In this document: positions 36,400 to 45,637 of the stretch, one piece after another
Layout: each line of letters opens with the position of its first letter
How positions within the stretch are numbered: position 1 is the first letter of the stretch
Assembly: GCA_036229005.1 (NCBI GenBank)
Contig: JAZAMN010000024.1
Coordinates: 224,001-288,000, forward strand
Direction: 5' to 3'
DNA: 64,000 bases
From: Myxococcota bacterium
GTDB lineage: Bacteria > Myxococcota_A > UBA796 > CAJQPC01
The notes under the pieces: model-generated
Seen by the model: the letters and a program-made list of their open reading frames with translations, nothing else
Database searches by the model: none
What the model was told of the DNA's origin: nothing
Translations under genes and position numbers: made by a program

Positions 36400-37535
36400 T
36401 CGGCGGCCTGATCCTGGCCTTCCTGCTGGGCGTCGACGCTCTGCGCCGCGTCTACTCGGTGGGGCGCACCTGGAACGACCACTTCGTCGCGGCCGTGGTG
36501 CTGGGCTGCATGGGCTTCTACGCGCTCCACTGGCTGAGCGCTCCCGTGGCCCTCCGGCCGCTCTGGGGCTTGGGGATCCTTTGGATCTGGGGCCTGTTCT
36601 TCGCCCTGGGCGATCAGCGCGGGGACATCGCCCCCAAGTGGGCTCTGTGGGCCTTCGCCTGGCCCTCCCAGCTCGCCTACGCCTTCGCGCTGTGGGGCGG
36701 CCTGACCTGGCTCATCCGCGCGCCGATCGCCTGGGCCCTGGGCGCGGATCCTTGGTGGGCCGGCCCCTGGCTGCTCATCCCCGCAGTGCTCGCGGTGGCC
36801 GGGCAGATCCAGGCAATGCGCCCCCAACCCATCCGCCACCACGCCGTCCAAGGTCTGCCCGCGCGCATCGTCCAGCTCTCGGACCTGCACGCCAGCCCCG
36901 TGATGGCGCAGGAGGCCCTGGACGCCCTGGTGGACCGGGTCAACGCCCTGGAGCCCGCGCTGGTCTGCATCACCGGCGATCTGGTGATGCCCTTCTCCGA
37001 GGCCCGCCACGACTACCTGGTGCGTGCCTTGGCGCGGCTCCAGGCCCCGGTGGTCTGCTGCCCGGGGAACCACGACCTGCCCGTCCTGGCGCGCCTTCAA
37101 GAGGCTCTGGAGGCCGAGGGGATCGCGCTGCTCGCCGATCTGAAGGCCCACCGCGCGGGCTTCGAGGTCGTGGGCTTCACCTTTCGCTGGGGAGATGCCG
37201 CCGACGAGGTCAGGCTGACTGCGCGTGACCTCGCTGGGGCCAAGGAGTCCTTCCGGGTGTGGCTGGCCCACGATCCGAGGGTGGGTGGGTGGCTGGAGCC
37301 CGGGAGCTGCGATCTGCTCCTCTCCGGACACTCCCACGGCGGCCAGGTGGGCCTGAACATGTTCGGCCTGCGCCCGACGCTCTGGGGGCTCCTGGGGCAC
37401 CGCGACCAGGGCTGGTGGGAGGCCGGAGGGGCCCCGCACTACGTGCACGCCGGCAACTGGTGGATCGGCCTGCCGCCGCGCATGGGCGTCAGCGGGGAGA
37501 TCGCGGTGTTCGAGCCCTCGGACCGACCGGGCTAG
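36396..37535 (+). CDS. Membrane-anchored calcineurin-like metallophosphoesterase (YkuE/YaeI-like)
   Basis: SDLH, TGD, GNHD, LAHDP, GHSHGGQ; N-terminal TM helices. Confidence 0.88.
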   Translation: MIGGLILAFLLGVDALRRVYSVGRTWNDHFVAAVVLGCMGFYALHWLSAPVALRPLWGLGILWIWGLFFALGDQRGDIAPKWALWAFAWPSQLAYAFALWGGLTWLIRAPIAWALGADPWWAGPWLLIPAVLAVAGQIQAMRPQPIRHHAVQGLPARIVQLSDLHASPVMAQEALDALVDRVNALEPALVCITGDLVMPFSEARHDYLVRALARLQAPVVCCPGNHDLPVLARLQEALEAEGIALLADLKAHRAGFEVVGFTFRWGDAADEVRLTARDLAGAKESFRVWLAHDPRVGGWLEPGSCDLLLSGHSHGGQVGLNMFGLRPTLWGLLGHRDQGWWEAGGAPHYVHAGNWWIGLPPRMGVSGEIAVFEPSDRPG

Positions 37536-38293
37536 CCGAGCACGAGCTCCACGGGGGCGTGGTCGGAGGCCTTCTCCTTGCCGCGCTCCAGGCGGTGGAT
37601 GCGGGAGCCCTGCACGCGGTCCAGCACGGGCTGGCTGACCAGGAAGTGGTCGATGCGGTAGCCGGCGTCACGCGCGTAGCAGTTCATCCGGTAGTCCCAG
37701 AAGGTGAAGCTGCGGGGCGCCAGGTAGGGCTTGGAGGCGTCGGTGAGCCCCCAGTCCAAAAGGCGCTGGAACTTGTCCTTCTCGACCTGCGTGAAGGAGC
37801 AGACGCCCTCCATCTTGACCACGTCATAGACGTCGTCGTCCTGGGGCGCGATGTTCAGGTCGCCGGTGATCACGACGGGGGTGGCGGGGTCCTGGGTGGC
37901 CTCCAGCCAGGTCTGCAGGGCGTCGTAGAAGCGCAGCTTGTAGTCGAACTTCTCGTGCCCGACCTTGCGGCCCTGGGGGCAGTAGAGGTTCGTGATGCGG
38001 ACGCCGTCGATGGTCGCGGCGATCAGGCGGGACTCGCCCTCGTCGCCGTCCGGGAGGCCGCGGTGGACCTGGGACATGGGCAGCTTGGAGGCGATGGCCA
38101 CGCCGTTGTAGGTCTTCTGCCCGTGGGTCTCCAGGAAGTAGCCCCGCTCGGCGAAGATCTCGCGGGGGACCTTGTCGTCCTCGAGCTTGAGCTCCTGCAT
38201 GCACAGGACGGTGGGGGAGACGCGGTCCAGAAAGTCCGCGACGTGCTCGGCGCGGGCCTTGAGGCTGTTCACATTGAAGGTGACGATCTTCAT
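37532..38293 (-). CDS. xth: Exodeoxyribonuclease III
   Basis: TFNVNS, QELK, YNGVAI, GDLNIA, FTFWDYR, RIDH, SDHAPV. Confidence 0.95.
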   Translation of the reverse strand: MKIVTFNVNSLKARAEHVADFLDRVSPTVLCMQELKLEDDKVPREIFAERGYFLETHGQKTYNGVAIASKLPMSQVHRGLPDGDEGESRLIAATIDGVRITNLYCPQGRKVGHEKFDYKLRFYDALQTWLEATQDPATPVVITGDLNIAPQDDDVYDVVKMEGVCSFTQVEKDKFQRLLDWGLTDASKPYLAPRSFTFWDYRMNCYARDAGYRIDHFLVSQPVLDRVQGSRIHRLERGKEKASDHAPVELVLG

Positions 38294-38360
38294 GCCAACA
38301 GCCCTAACCCAGGCCCCTGAACGCAGCGTCGGCTATCCTCTGGGGCCTTAGGAGATCCCC

Positions 38361-40586
38361 TTGCTGCAGCCTGGTGATGAGATCGACATCTGGGTGGTGG
38401 AGCACGCGCTGGGGCAGGGCGGGATGGGCTCGGTCTACCGCTGCCACAACCGCTCCGCCAAGCGCATCCTGGCCGCGGTCAAGACCCTGGACCCCAGCCT
38501 GAACAAGATCGCCACGGCCAAGGCCCGCTTCGTCCGGGAGGCGGAGATCCTCTTCGCCCTGGACCACCCCAACATCGTGAAGGTGCGCAACGTCCGCATG
38601 GACGCCGAGCTGCCCTACATCGAGATGGAGTTCGTCGAGGGCGTCTCCCTGGACAGCCAGATCCTGCGCGGCCCGATGGCGGTCGACAAGGCGGTGGCGC
38701 TCTTCAAGCAGGCGGCCTCGGCGGTGGCCTACATGCACGAGAGGGGCGTGCGGCACCGCGACATCAAGCCCTCGAACATCATCCTCAAGTCCGACGGGCG
38801 CCTCAAGCTGGTCGACTTCGGCATCGCCACCGAGCAGGACGGCAAGACCCTCACGGCCCACGGGCAGACCTTCGGGTCGGTGTCCTACGCGCCGCCGGAG
38901 TGGATCGAGCCCGGCTCCCTGGAGGCCGTGCGCTGGGACGTCTACAGCCTGGGCACGGTGTTCTACGAGATGCTCGTGGGGCGCTTCGCGTTCCCGGTCT
39001 CTGGCCTGGGAACAAGCCGCCAGAAGGCGCTGCAGGTGATGATCGCCAAGCAGAAGCACCCGCCGCTGGACCCGGGCCCCACGCTCCCGGTGGACCTGCG
39101 CCGCCTGATCCGCGCGATGACCCGCAGCACCCCCGAGACCCGCCTGGCCACCGCCCAGGAGGTGCTGGACGCGCTCGAGGCCGCCGACCTGGAGACCGTG
39201 GACCCCGACGCCGAGTTCGAGGACACGCCGGTCGAGGCCCCCAGCTCCCACACCTGGTACCCGGGGATGGACCTGGAGGACATGGTGGACTCCCAGCCGG
39301 TGCCGCTGGAGCAGGCCGCCGAGCAGGCCGCGACCCCCCGCCCGCCGGAGACCCGGGAGCCCGAGCCGGCCCCCACCCTTGAGCCTCCCCGGCCCGAGCC
39401 CGCGCCCCAGGACGCCCCCATCCCGCCGGCCGACACGGGCGACGACTCCAACAAGAAGCTGGTGCTGGTCGGCTTCATTGCGGCCTTGGTCCTGCTCATG
39501 GCGGGCCTGGGCTGGCAGGTCTGGCGCAGCGATCCGGGACGCCAGGACCCCATCGTCGAGCCCCCTGCCGCCGCCCTGGGCCGAGACGTGGACGTCGTGG
39601 TCACCGGGCTCGCCCAAGACTCCGACCTCCAACTCCGGCTGGGCGGCGCCCGCTCTCGCAGCAGCGATGGCTTCGTCCACCACTTCAAGGACATCCCGCT
39701 GGGGAGCGTCGAGCTGGTGGCCATCCAGGGCGCGGGCTGTGAGCCGACCACCGACCAGCCCTGGTGCAAGCGCAGCGTGCAGACCATGGAGCTGGGCGCC
39801 GGCGAGGGCGTGCACACCCAGACCCTCAGCCTCTCTCCGCTCCCCGAGCGTCAGATCGAGCTCCGGGGACTGCGGGGGATGACCCTGCGCCTCGAGGGGG
39901 AGGAGGTCGAGGTGGATCGGCGTGGCCGCGCATCGATCTCCACCGCTCCGGGCCGCTATGCCCTCAGCGCCGAGAAGGGACTCTGCCCCAGCGAGGTCAC
40001 CGGGTGCTCGGCGGACGACAACTGCCCCGCTGGCTGCAGCTCGTGGGAGGGCAACCTGGACATCCCCGTCGACGGCGAGCTTGCCGCCTTCGAGATCCCG
40101 CTCCCCGAGCCCTCCAGGCGGGCGGGTGCGGAGGCCCCCGCGACCACACCGAGCAGCGACCCCATCCCGGAGCAGGCGCCGCCCGCGTCTTCGGACGCTG
40201 CGGCCAAGGCCCAGGTCAGCAACAAGCAGCTCGCCTCCTGGCTGGCCTCCCACCCCGAGTGGCAGCGCGAAGCCGCCTTGGAGAGCGGCAAGGCCGCCGG
40301 CAACTACCTCAAGGGCTGGGAGGGCGCGACGCCCCCCGCCGGGCAGGAGAGCGCCGCCGCCGTCAACGTGAGTTGGTCGATGGCCAAGGCCTACTGCGCC
40401 GGGCGCGGCGGCTTGGCGCCCACGAGCGCGAGCCCCAGCACCTGGGACGAGGGCGGCGCGCTGGCCTGGCACGAGTACCGGCAGCAGGACGGCGCGCCCG
40501 CGTGGGTGCGCAGCGACGGCACGGTGAGCACGGCCGTGAAGAAGAGCGACGCGAAGGCCTTCATCGGCTTCCGCTGCAGCCGCTGA
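38361..40586 (+). CDS. Transmembrane Hanks-type Ser/Thr protein kinase with extracytoplasmic region ending in an FGE/SUMF1-like segment
   Basis: GQGGMGSVY, AVK, HRDIKPSN, DFG, YAPPE, DVYSLG; TM; C-terminal VSN...VNVSW..AKAYC...IGFRC. Confidence 0.9.
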   Translation: MLQPGDEIDIWVVEHALGQGGMGSVYRCHNRSAKRILAAVKTLDPSLNKIATAKARFVREAEILFALDHPNIVKVRNVRMDAELPYIEMEFVEGVSLDSQILRGPMAVDKAVALFKQAASAVAYMHERGVRHRDIKPSNIILKSDGRLKLVDFGIATEQDGKTLTAHGQTFGSVSYAPPEWIEPGSLEAVRWDVYSLGTVFYEMLVGRFAFPVSGLGTSRQKALQVMIAKQKHPPLDPGPTLPVDLRRLIRAMTRSTPETRLATAQEVLDALEAADLETVDPDAEFEDTPVEAPSSHTWYPGMDLEDMVDSQPVPLEQAAEQAATPRPPETREPEPAPTLEPPRPEPAPQDAPIPPADTGDDSNKKLVLVGFIAALVLLMAGLGWQVWRSDPGRQDPIVEPPAAALGRDVDVVVTGLAQDSDLQLRLGGARSRSSDGFVHHFKDIPLGSVELVAIQGAGCEPTTDQPWCKRSVQTMELGAGEGVHTQTLSLSPLPERQIELRGLRGMTLRLEGEEVEVDRRGRASISTAPGRYALSAEKGLCPSEVTGCSADDNCPAGCSSWEGNLDIPVDGELAAFEIPLPEPSRRAGAEAPATTPSSDPIPEQAPPASSDAAAKAQVSNKQLASWLASHPEWQREAALESGKAAGNYLKGWEGATPPAGQESAAAVNVSWSMAKAYCAGRGGLAPTSASPSTWDEGGALAWHEYRQQDGAPAWVRSDGTVSTAVKKSDAKAFIGFRCSR

Positions 40587-41573
40587 TCAGCCCAGGGTGA
40601 CCTCGCCGGCGAGGTCCAGCCTCCACGCGTCGCGGAAGTCACCCTCCTGGGCCAGGAGGTACATCGCGCGGGTGAGGGTGGCCTCCAGCGTCATGTCCCT
40701 GGCGCTCAGGGCCCCGGCCTCCTTGGCGGCCTGGCTCCCGGCGTAGCGCCCCAGCTCCACGCGGCCCTCCAGGCACTGGGAGCCCACGATCACGTGGACG
40801 CCGGCCTGGGTGGCCTGGGCGATGGCCTCGGGCCAGTCCTGCAGGGGGAGGTTGCCGGCGCCGAAGGCCTGCAGGATCACGGCCCGCGCGCCGGAGTCCA
40901 CCGCCTGCTGGAGGGGGAGGGGGTGCGCGCCCGGGTAGAGCGTGAGCACGGTGACGCGGCGGTCAAAGCCCTGGCGCAGCCTGAAAGGCCCGCTGGGACG
41001 CCTTGAGGGCGTGCCGGGCTTCATGTCGGTGCCCAGCCGCATCAGCGGCGGGAGCTGGGGGCTCGCGTAGGCCTCGTAGCTGGAGACGCTGACCTTGGTG
41101 GTGCGGTTGCCCCGGGTGAGGGCCTCGTTGAAGCAGAGGCTGACCTCCGGCAGGTCCAGGGTGGCGCAGAGCGCCGCGTGGATCAGGTTCTGCCGGGCGT
41201 CGCTGCGGAGCTGGGCGATGGGCCGCTGGCTGCCGGTGAACACCACGGGCTTGGGCAGGTTCTCCAGCAGGTAGCTGCAGGCCGAGGCCGAGAAGGCCAT
41301 GGTGTCCGTGCCGTGGAGGACCACGAAGCCGTCGTAGTCGTCCAGGTGCCCGGCGACCTGGCCCGCGATGGCCTCCCAGTGGCCGGCGGTCATGTCCGAG
41401 GAGTCGATGTTCGACACGAACACGCTCTCGATCTCGACCAGCTCCTCCAGGCCCGGGACGAAGCGCAGCACGTCGTTGGAGTAGGCGCTGGGGGCCAGGG
41501 GACCGGGGTCCCCGTCCATGCCAAGGGTGCCGCCGGTGTGGATGAAGAGCAGGCGCTTGCGGGCCGCGCTCAC
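40587..41573 (-). CDS. ansA: L-asparaginase type I
   Basis: HTGGTLGM, IDSSDM, HGTDTM, VFTGSQ, RGNRTTK, FGAGN, DMTLEA. Confidence 0.9.
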   Translation of the reverse strand: MSAARKRLLFIHTGGTLGMDGDPGPLAPSAYSNDVLRFVPGLEELVEIESVFVSNIDSSDMTAGHWEAIAGQVAGHLDDYDGFVVLHGTDTMAFSASACSYLLENLPKPVVFTGSQRPIAQLRSDARQNLIHAALCATLDLPEVSLCFNEALTRGNRTTKVSVSSYEAYASPQLPPLMRLGTDMKPGTPSRRPSGPFRLRQGFDRRVTVLTLYPGAHPLPLQQAVDSGARAVILQAFGAGNLPLQDWPEAIAQATQAGVHVIVGSQCLEGRVELGRYAGSQAAKEAGALSARDMTLEATLTRAMYLLAQEGDFRDAWRLDLAGEVTLG

Positions 41574-41577
41574 CGGC

Positions 41578-41850
41578 TCACCAGGTCCAGAGGGTCTCGT
41601 CGTAGCAGACGCCCTCGCTGATCGCATCGCAGCTTGAGTCGCGCACGCAGTTGCGCTGCTCCTGGAACGCGGCGAGCAGGACCTCGTCCTCCCAGTCCTC
41701 TTCGTAGAGGTACTCCTGGGCCAGGCAGGTCTCGCGACATTCGGCCTCGAGCGTGCCGGTCATGTCGACCTCGCCGCAGGAGGTGAGCTTCTGACAGCTC
41801 TGGCGGCAGGTCGCGTTGCAGGCGGTGAGGACGAGAAGCAGGAAGGTCAT
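41578..41850 (-). CDS. Small Cys-rich lipoprotein
   Basis: Lipobox LTAC; 9 Cys; paralog of upstream gene. Confidence 0.7.
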   Translation of the reverse strand: MTFLLLVLTACNATCRQSCQKLTSCGEVDMTGTLEAECRETCLAQEYLYEEDWEDEVLLAAFQEQRNCVRDSSCDAISEGVCYDETLWTW

Positions 41851-41868
41851 GGTCCCCACCGCTAACCC

Positions 41869-42240
41869 CTACCAGATCGGGGCGCAGTAGCCCTCTTCAA
41901 GGTTGCCGCAGCTCTTCTCGCCCACACACTCCATCCAGAGGGCGGCCTGGCGCTCGTTTTCCAGCTCCACGCTGGTCTGTGCGCCCTGCTGCACGATGGG
42001 GTTGTAGGAGCCGATCTCACCCGGCGTGTCCAGGGCGTCTTCACACTCCTGCATGCAGGTGTTGATCAGGTCGGTGCTGGTGCGGCCGGGGCGGGAGATG
42101 GCGCAGTCGGCGCCCACGTCCTGGATGCCGTCGCCGTAGATGCGCTGGCAGGTGGACTGGCAGTTGGGGCCACAGCCCACAAGCACGGTGCTGGCGAGGC
42201 CAGAGGCCAGGAGGGCAGCGGTGAGGGCGAACTTGCGCAC
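41869..42240 (-). CDS. Small Cys-rich lipoprotein
   Basis: GTG start with GGAG SD; signal MRKFALTAALL...LVGC; 9 Cys. Confidence 0.75.
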   Translation of the reverse strand: MRKFALTAALLASGLASTVLVGCGPNCQSTCQRIYGDGIQDVGADCAISRPGRTSTDLINTCMQECEDALDTPGEIGSYNPIVQQGAQTSVELENERQAALWMECVGEKSCGNLEEGYCAPIW

Positions 42241-42276
42241 GGAGGCTCCAGAGTTGCGTGGGACGCTCGGTGCGTG

Positions 42277-42306
42277 AGGGTATTCGGTGTGCGGGTCGGG
42301 CGTCAA
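42277..42306 (-). promoter_or_regulatory. sigma70-type promoter TTGACG-N18-TACCCT
   Basis: Near-consensus -35/-10 upstream of the Cys-rich lipoprotein pair. Confidence 0.55.
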
Positions 42307-42374
42307 TGCGCCGGAGGTCAGGGGCGCGTCAGGGGCCGCAGACGCGATACCCTTGGCGCCCACAAGGAGCCCGC

Positions 42375-43520
42375 GTGCAGGTCCTGCATGTGACCCCAAC
42401 CTTCCCGCCCACCTGGGCCTACGGCGGAATCCCCCGCATCGTGCACGGCCTGGGCCGCTCCCAGGCGCGCCTGGGCTTGGGTGTCAGCGTGTGGACCACG
42501 GACGCCTGCGACGCCCGCCGTGCCCAGGTGCCCCCCCGCCGCGAGCTCGACGGGATGCAGGTGCTCACGACGCCCAACCTGAGCAACCGCCTGGCCTACA
42601 GCCACCAGCTCTTCCTGCCCCGGACCAGCCCCCTGGACGCCCTGGGCCCCATCGACCTGGTGCACCTGCACGGCCACCGCCACCTGCTCAACAACGCCGC
42701 CATGGCCTTCGCCCGCGCGCGCGGGATCCCCTATGTGATGACTCCCAACGGCACCCTGCCGCGTCTGGAGCGCAAGGTCGCGTTCAAGGCGCTGTGGGAC
42801 CTGCTGATCTCCGGCCGCGTCCCCAAGCACGCCGCCCGCCTGATCGCCGTCTCCCAGGCCGAGGCCGGGCACTTTGTGCAGGCTGGCTTCTCCCCCGAGC
42901 GCATCGCCACCATCCCGAACGGCCTGATGCTCGACGAGTTCGACGCCCTGCCCCCCGCCGGCTCCTTCCGGCAGCGCTGGGGGATCGAGGGGCCGATAGT
43001 CGCCTATCTGGGGCAGCTCTCACCGCGAAAAGGGGTGGAGCACCTGGTCGCTGCCTTTGGACCCGGCGGCATCGACGAGGCCACCCTGGTGATCGGCGGC
43101 AACGACATGGGGGCCGAGTCCATGGCCCGGGAGAACGCCGACGCCAAGGTGATCTTCACGGGCCTGCTCGAGGGCCCCGAGCGCCTGGCCCTGCTCCAGG
43201 ACGCGGACGTGCTGGTCTACCCCTCCACCGCCGAGGTCTTTGGGCTGGTTCCCTTCGAGGGGCTGATGTGCGGCACCCCCGTGGTGGTGGGCGGCGATTG
43301 TGGTTGCGGTGAGCTCGTGCGCAAGGCGGGGGCCGGCCTGCTGGTCCAACACGGGGACGTGCAGGGCCTCCGAGCCCGGATCCGCACCCTGCTGCGAGAC
43401 CACGAGGCCGCCCAGGCCATGGTGAGCCGGGGGCGCCGCTACATCCAGGCCGAGCTGGACTTCGACCGGGTCGCCGAGCGGCACATCGCGCTGTACCGAC
43501 AGGTGGTGGATGGAGCGTGA
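42375..43520 (+). CDS. Glycosyltransferase family 4 (GT-B)
   Basis: YGGI, IPNGL, YLGQLSPRKG, PSTAEVFGLVPFEGLMCGTPVV; AAGGAG SD. Confidence 0.9.
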   Translation: MQVLHVTPTFPPTWAYGGIPRIVHGLGRSQARLGLGVSVWTTDACDARRAQVPPRRELDGMQVLTTPNLSNRLAYSHQLFLPRTSPLDALGPIDLVHLHGHRHLLNNAAMAFARARGIPYVMTPNGTLPRLERKVAFKALWDLLISGRVPKHAARLIAVSQAEAGHFVQAGFSPERIATIPNGLMLDEFDALPPAGSFRQRWGIEGPIVAYLGQLSPRKGVEHLVAAFGPGGIDEATLVIGGNDMGAESMARENADAKVIFTGLLEGPERLALLQDADVLVYPSTAEVFGLVPFEGLMCGTPVVVGGDCGCGELVRKAGAGLLVQHGDVQGLRARIRTLLRDHEAAQAMVSRGRRYIQAELDFDRVAERHIALYRQVVDGA

Positions 43521-45171
43521 GGGCCGACTCTGGTGGGTCTGGGGCCTGCTCTGCGTGGGCATCCTGGTGGCCTGGCTGCCCGCGCTCCAGGGCCCCTTTG
43601 TCTACGACGACCGCCTGGAGGTCGTGGGCAACGGAACCATCCAGGACCTCTCCCAGTGGCAGCTGATCCTGGGCTACAACTGGTCCCGGCCCTTGACCAT
43701 CGCGAGCTACGCGCTCAACCACGCGGTGCACGGACCGCAGGTGCTGGGCTACCACCTGGTGGACCTGGTCCTGCACATGGTCAGCGCCGGACTGGCCCTG
43801 CTCACCCTCCGGGAGGTCTCCCGGATCCTGGAGCTTGAACGCCCGCTCTGGTTCAGCGCGATCGGCGCATCCATGTGGGCACTCCATCCGCTGCAGACCG
43901 AGTCGGTGAGCTACATCGCCGGCCGCTCCGAGCAGCTCGCCGCCCTGCTGGTGCTCCTGGGTCTGTGGTCCTGGCTGCGATTCCTGCAGGCGCCAGGATC
44001 CCGCCGCGAGCAGCAGTTCCTCGCCTGGGCCGCGGTGTCTCTTGCGGTGTTCGCGAAGGAGACCGGCGTCGTGTTGGTCCCACTCATGGCGGCTGCCGAC
44101 TGGCTCCTCCTCAACCGAGGGCAGCTCCGGCGGGTCCTCTGGCTTCGCTATGTCCCCGGTGTCGTGGGAATCGTGGCCTTCTTTGGGTTGCGGCTCTGGC
44201 TCTACGGCTCCCTGCTGTCTCCCGCAGAGCCCCTGCGGCCACTCTCCGAGCAGCTCCCCACCCAGAGCCTGGCCTGGACGCGCTACCTGCGGCTCTCGCT
44301 GCTCCCCTACGGCCAGAGCCTCTTCCACGACCTGCCGGTCCACGGGCTGGACGGGATGACCGGGCTCGCCATGGCCGCCTGGCTGGGGGCGCTGATCGCG
44401 GCGCTTGGGCTCTCTGGGCGCTTCCCCGCCTTGAGCTTTGCCCTGATCGCGTGGGCGCTGTGCCTGGCCCCCAGCTCCAGCATCGTGGCGCTCAAGGAGA
44501 CCATGGCCGAGCACCGGGTGCACCTGGCCCTGCTGGCCCCCATGTCCGTGCTCTCCGGCGCGCTGTTCTCGGGGAGGGAGAGGAGCGGCTGGGTCCGCTG
44601 GGTCGCTCTGGGGCTCACCGCCGGGCTGCTGGTCCTGTCCTTCAACCGCAACACCCTCTGGTCCAGCGAGGTCACCCTGTGGCAGGACGCCGTGGCCAAG
44701 AACCCCGAGTCGGCGGAGGCCCGCTACGCCTTGGGCGACGCCCGGCGGCTGGCAGGAGACCCTGAGGGCGCGCGCAAGGCCTACAAGGCAGCCACCCGCC
44801 TGGACCCGACCTACGCCGCCGCTTTCAACAACCTGGGGCTGCTGGAGCTCCAGATCGGGGGACAGGGCGCCGCCGAGCAGGCCTGGAAGCAGGCGCTGGT
44901 GGCCAATCCCCGCTACTGCCCAGCGCACAACAACCTGGGCCAGCTCTACATGCAGCAGCGCAAGCCGCGGCAGGCGATGCTGGAGCTGAACACCACCCTG
45001 AGCAAGTGCCCACAGGACTGCATGGCGCACCGCCTGCTGGGCGCGCTCTACGAGGAGCACGTCCCGGACCGGGCGCTCGCCATCCGCCACTACGAGGCCG
45101 CGCTGGAGATCTGCCCCGCGGCGAGCTGGAGCCCGGACGTGCGGGAGCGCCTCACGCGGCTGACCTGGTAG
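43510..45171 (+). CDS. TMTC-like GT-C protein (putative protein O-mannosyltransferase) with C-terminal TPRs
   Basis: FVYDD, RPLTIASYALN, YH..D..LH, HPLQTESV..I.GRSE, KETG, AEHR, RN..W.SE..LW, then about 4 TPRs. Confidence 0.85.
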   Translation: MEREGRLWWVWGLLCVGILVAWLPALQGPFVYDDRLEVVGNGTIQDLSQWQLILGYNWSRPLTIASYALNHAVHGPQVLGYHLVDLVLHMVSAGLALLTLREVSRILELERPLWFSAIGASMWALHPLQTESVSYIAGRSEQLAALLVLLGLWSWLRFLQAPGSRREQQFLAWAAVSLAVFAKETGVVLVPLMAAADWLLLNRGQLRRVLWLRYVPGVVGIVAFFGLRLWLYGSLLSPAEPLRPLSEQLPTQSLAWTRYLRLSLLPYGQSLFHDLPVHGLDGMTGLAMAAWLGALIAALGLSGRFPALSFALIAWALCLAPSSSIVALKETMAEHRVHLALLAPMSVLSGALFSGRERSGWVRWVALGLTAGLLVLSFNRNTLWSSEVTLWQDAVAKNPESAEARYALGDARRLAGDPEGARKAYKAATRLDPTYAAAFNNLGLLELQIGGQGAAEQAWKQALVANPRYCPAHNNLGQLYMQQRKPRQAMLELNTTLSKCPQDCMAHRLLGALYEEHVPDRALAIRHYEAALEICPAASWSPDVRERLTRLTW

Positions 45172-45209
45172 CCCCTGGGGGCCTGATGTCGCTGGGTGAT
45201 GGCGCACGA

Positions 45210-45557
45210 TCACACCCGGAAGCGGTGGCCCGGGGTGTCCGGCTCCAGCAGCCCCAGCTTGACCAGACGGGCCGTGACGGCGCCGCGCGAACGCCCCAGC
45301 TCCTTGGACAGCTCGGCGCGGGACCTGCCCGCCTCATGCCCGTCTCTGAGGCGCTGCTCTTCGTCCTCGGACCAGGGCGCCCCGGCCCGCACAGCGGGGG
45401 TCTTGGGGTTTCGCTCCAGCTCCTTTGCCGCGAGCACCAGGGCCCGGACGACATCGACCTCGTGGCACACCGAGTGGTCGGGCAGCGCGCCGCCAAAGAT
45501 TGGGTGCTGGCCCTGGGCCAGGCACGAGAGCACACGCCTTGCTTCTGCACGTTCCAT
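45210..45557 (-). CDS. Small protein with C-terminal Myb/SANT-like HTH
   Basis: GAPWSEDEEQRL...ELSKELGRSRGAVTARLVKLG; N-terminal LAQG.HP.....LP...V.RAL. Confidence 0.7.
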   Translation of the reverse strand: MERAEARRVLSCLAQGQHPIFGGALPDHSVCHEVDVVRALVLAAKELERNPKTPAVRAGAPWSEDEEQRLRDGHEAGRSRAELSKELGRSRGAVTARLVKLGLLEPDTPGHRFRV

Positions 45558-45583
45558 GATTCCCCCCCTGAGGGACTTGGGTT

Positions 45584-45607
45584 GACACTGAACAACTATA
45601 CAGTGTC
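45584..45607 (-). promoter_or_regulatory. LexA/SOS-box-like palindrome overlapping a promoter
   Basis: GACACTG-N10-CAGTGTC palindrome; minus strand CTGTATAGTTGTTCAG; TTGACG at 45616-45621 on the minus strand. Confidence 0.65.
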
Positions 45608-45637
45608 TCTCAAATCGTCAAGCGAGGGGATCCTGGG

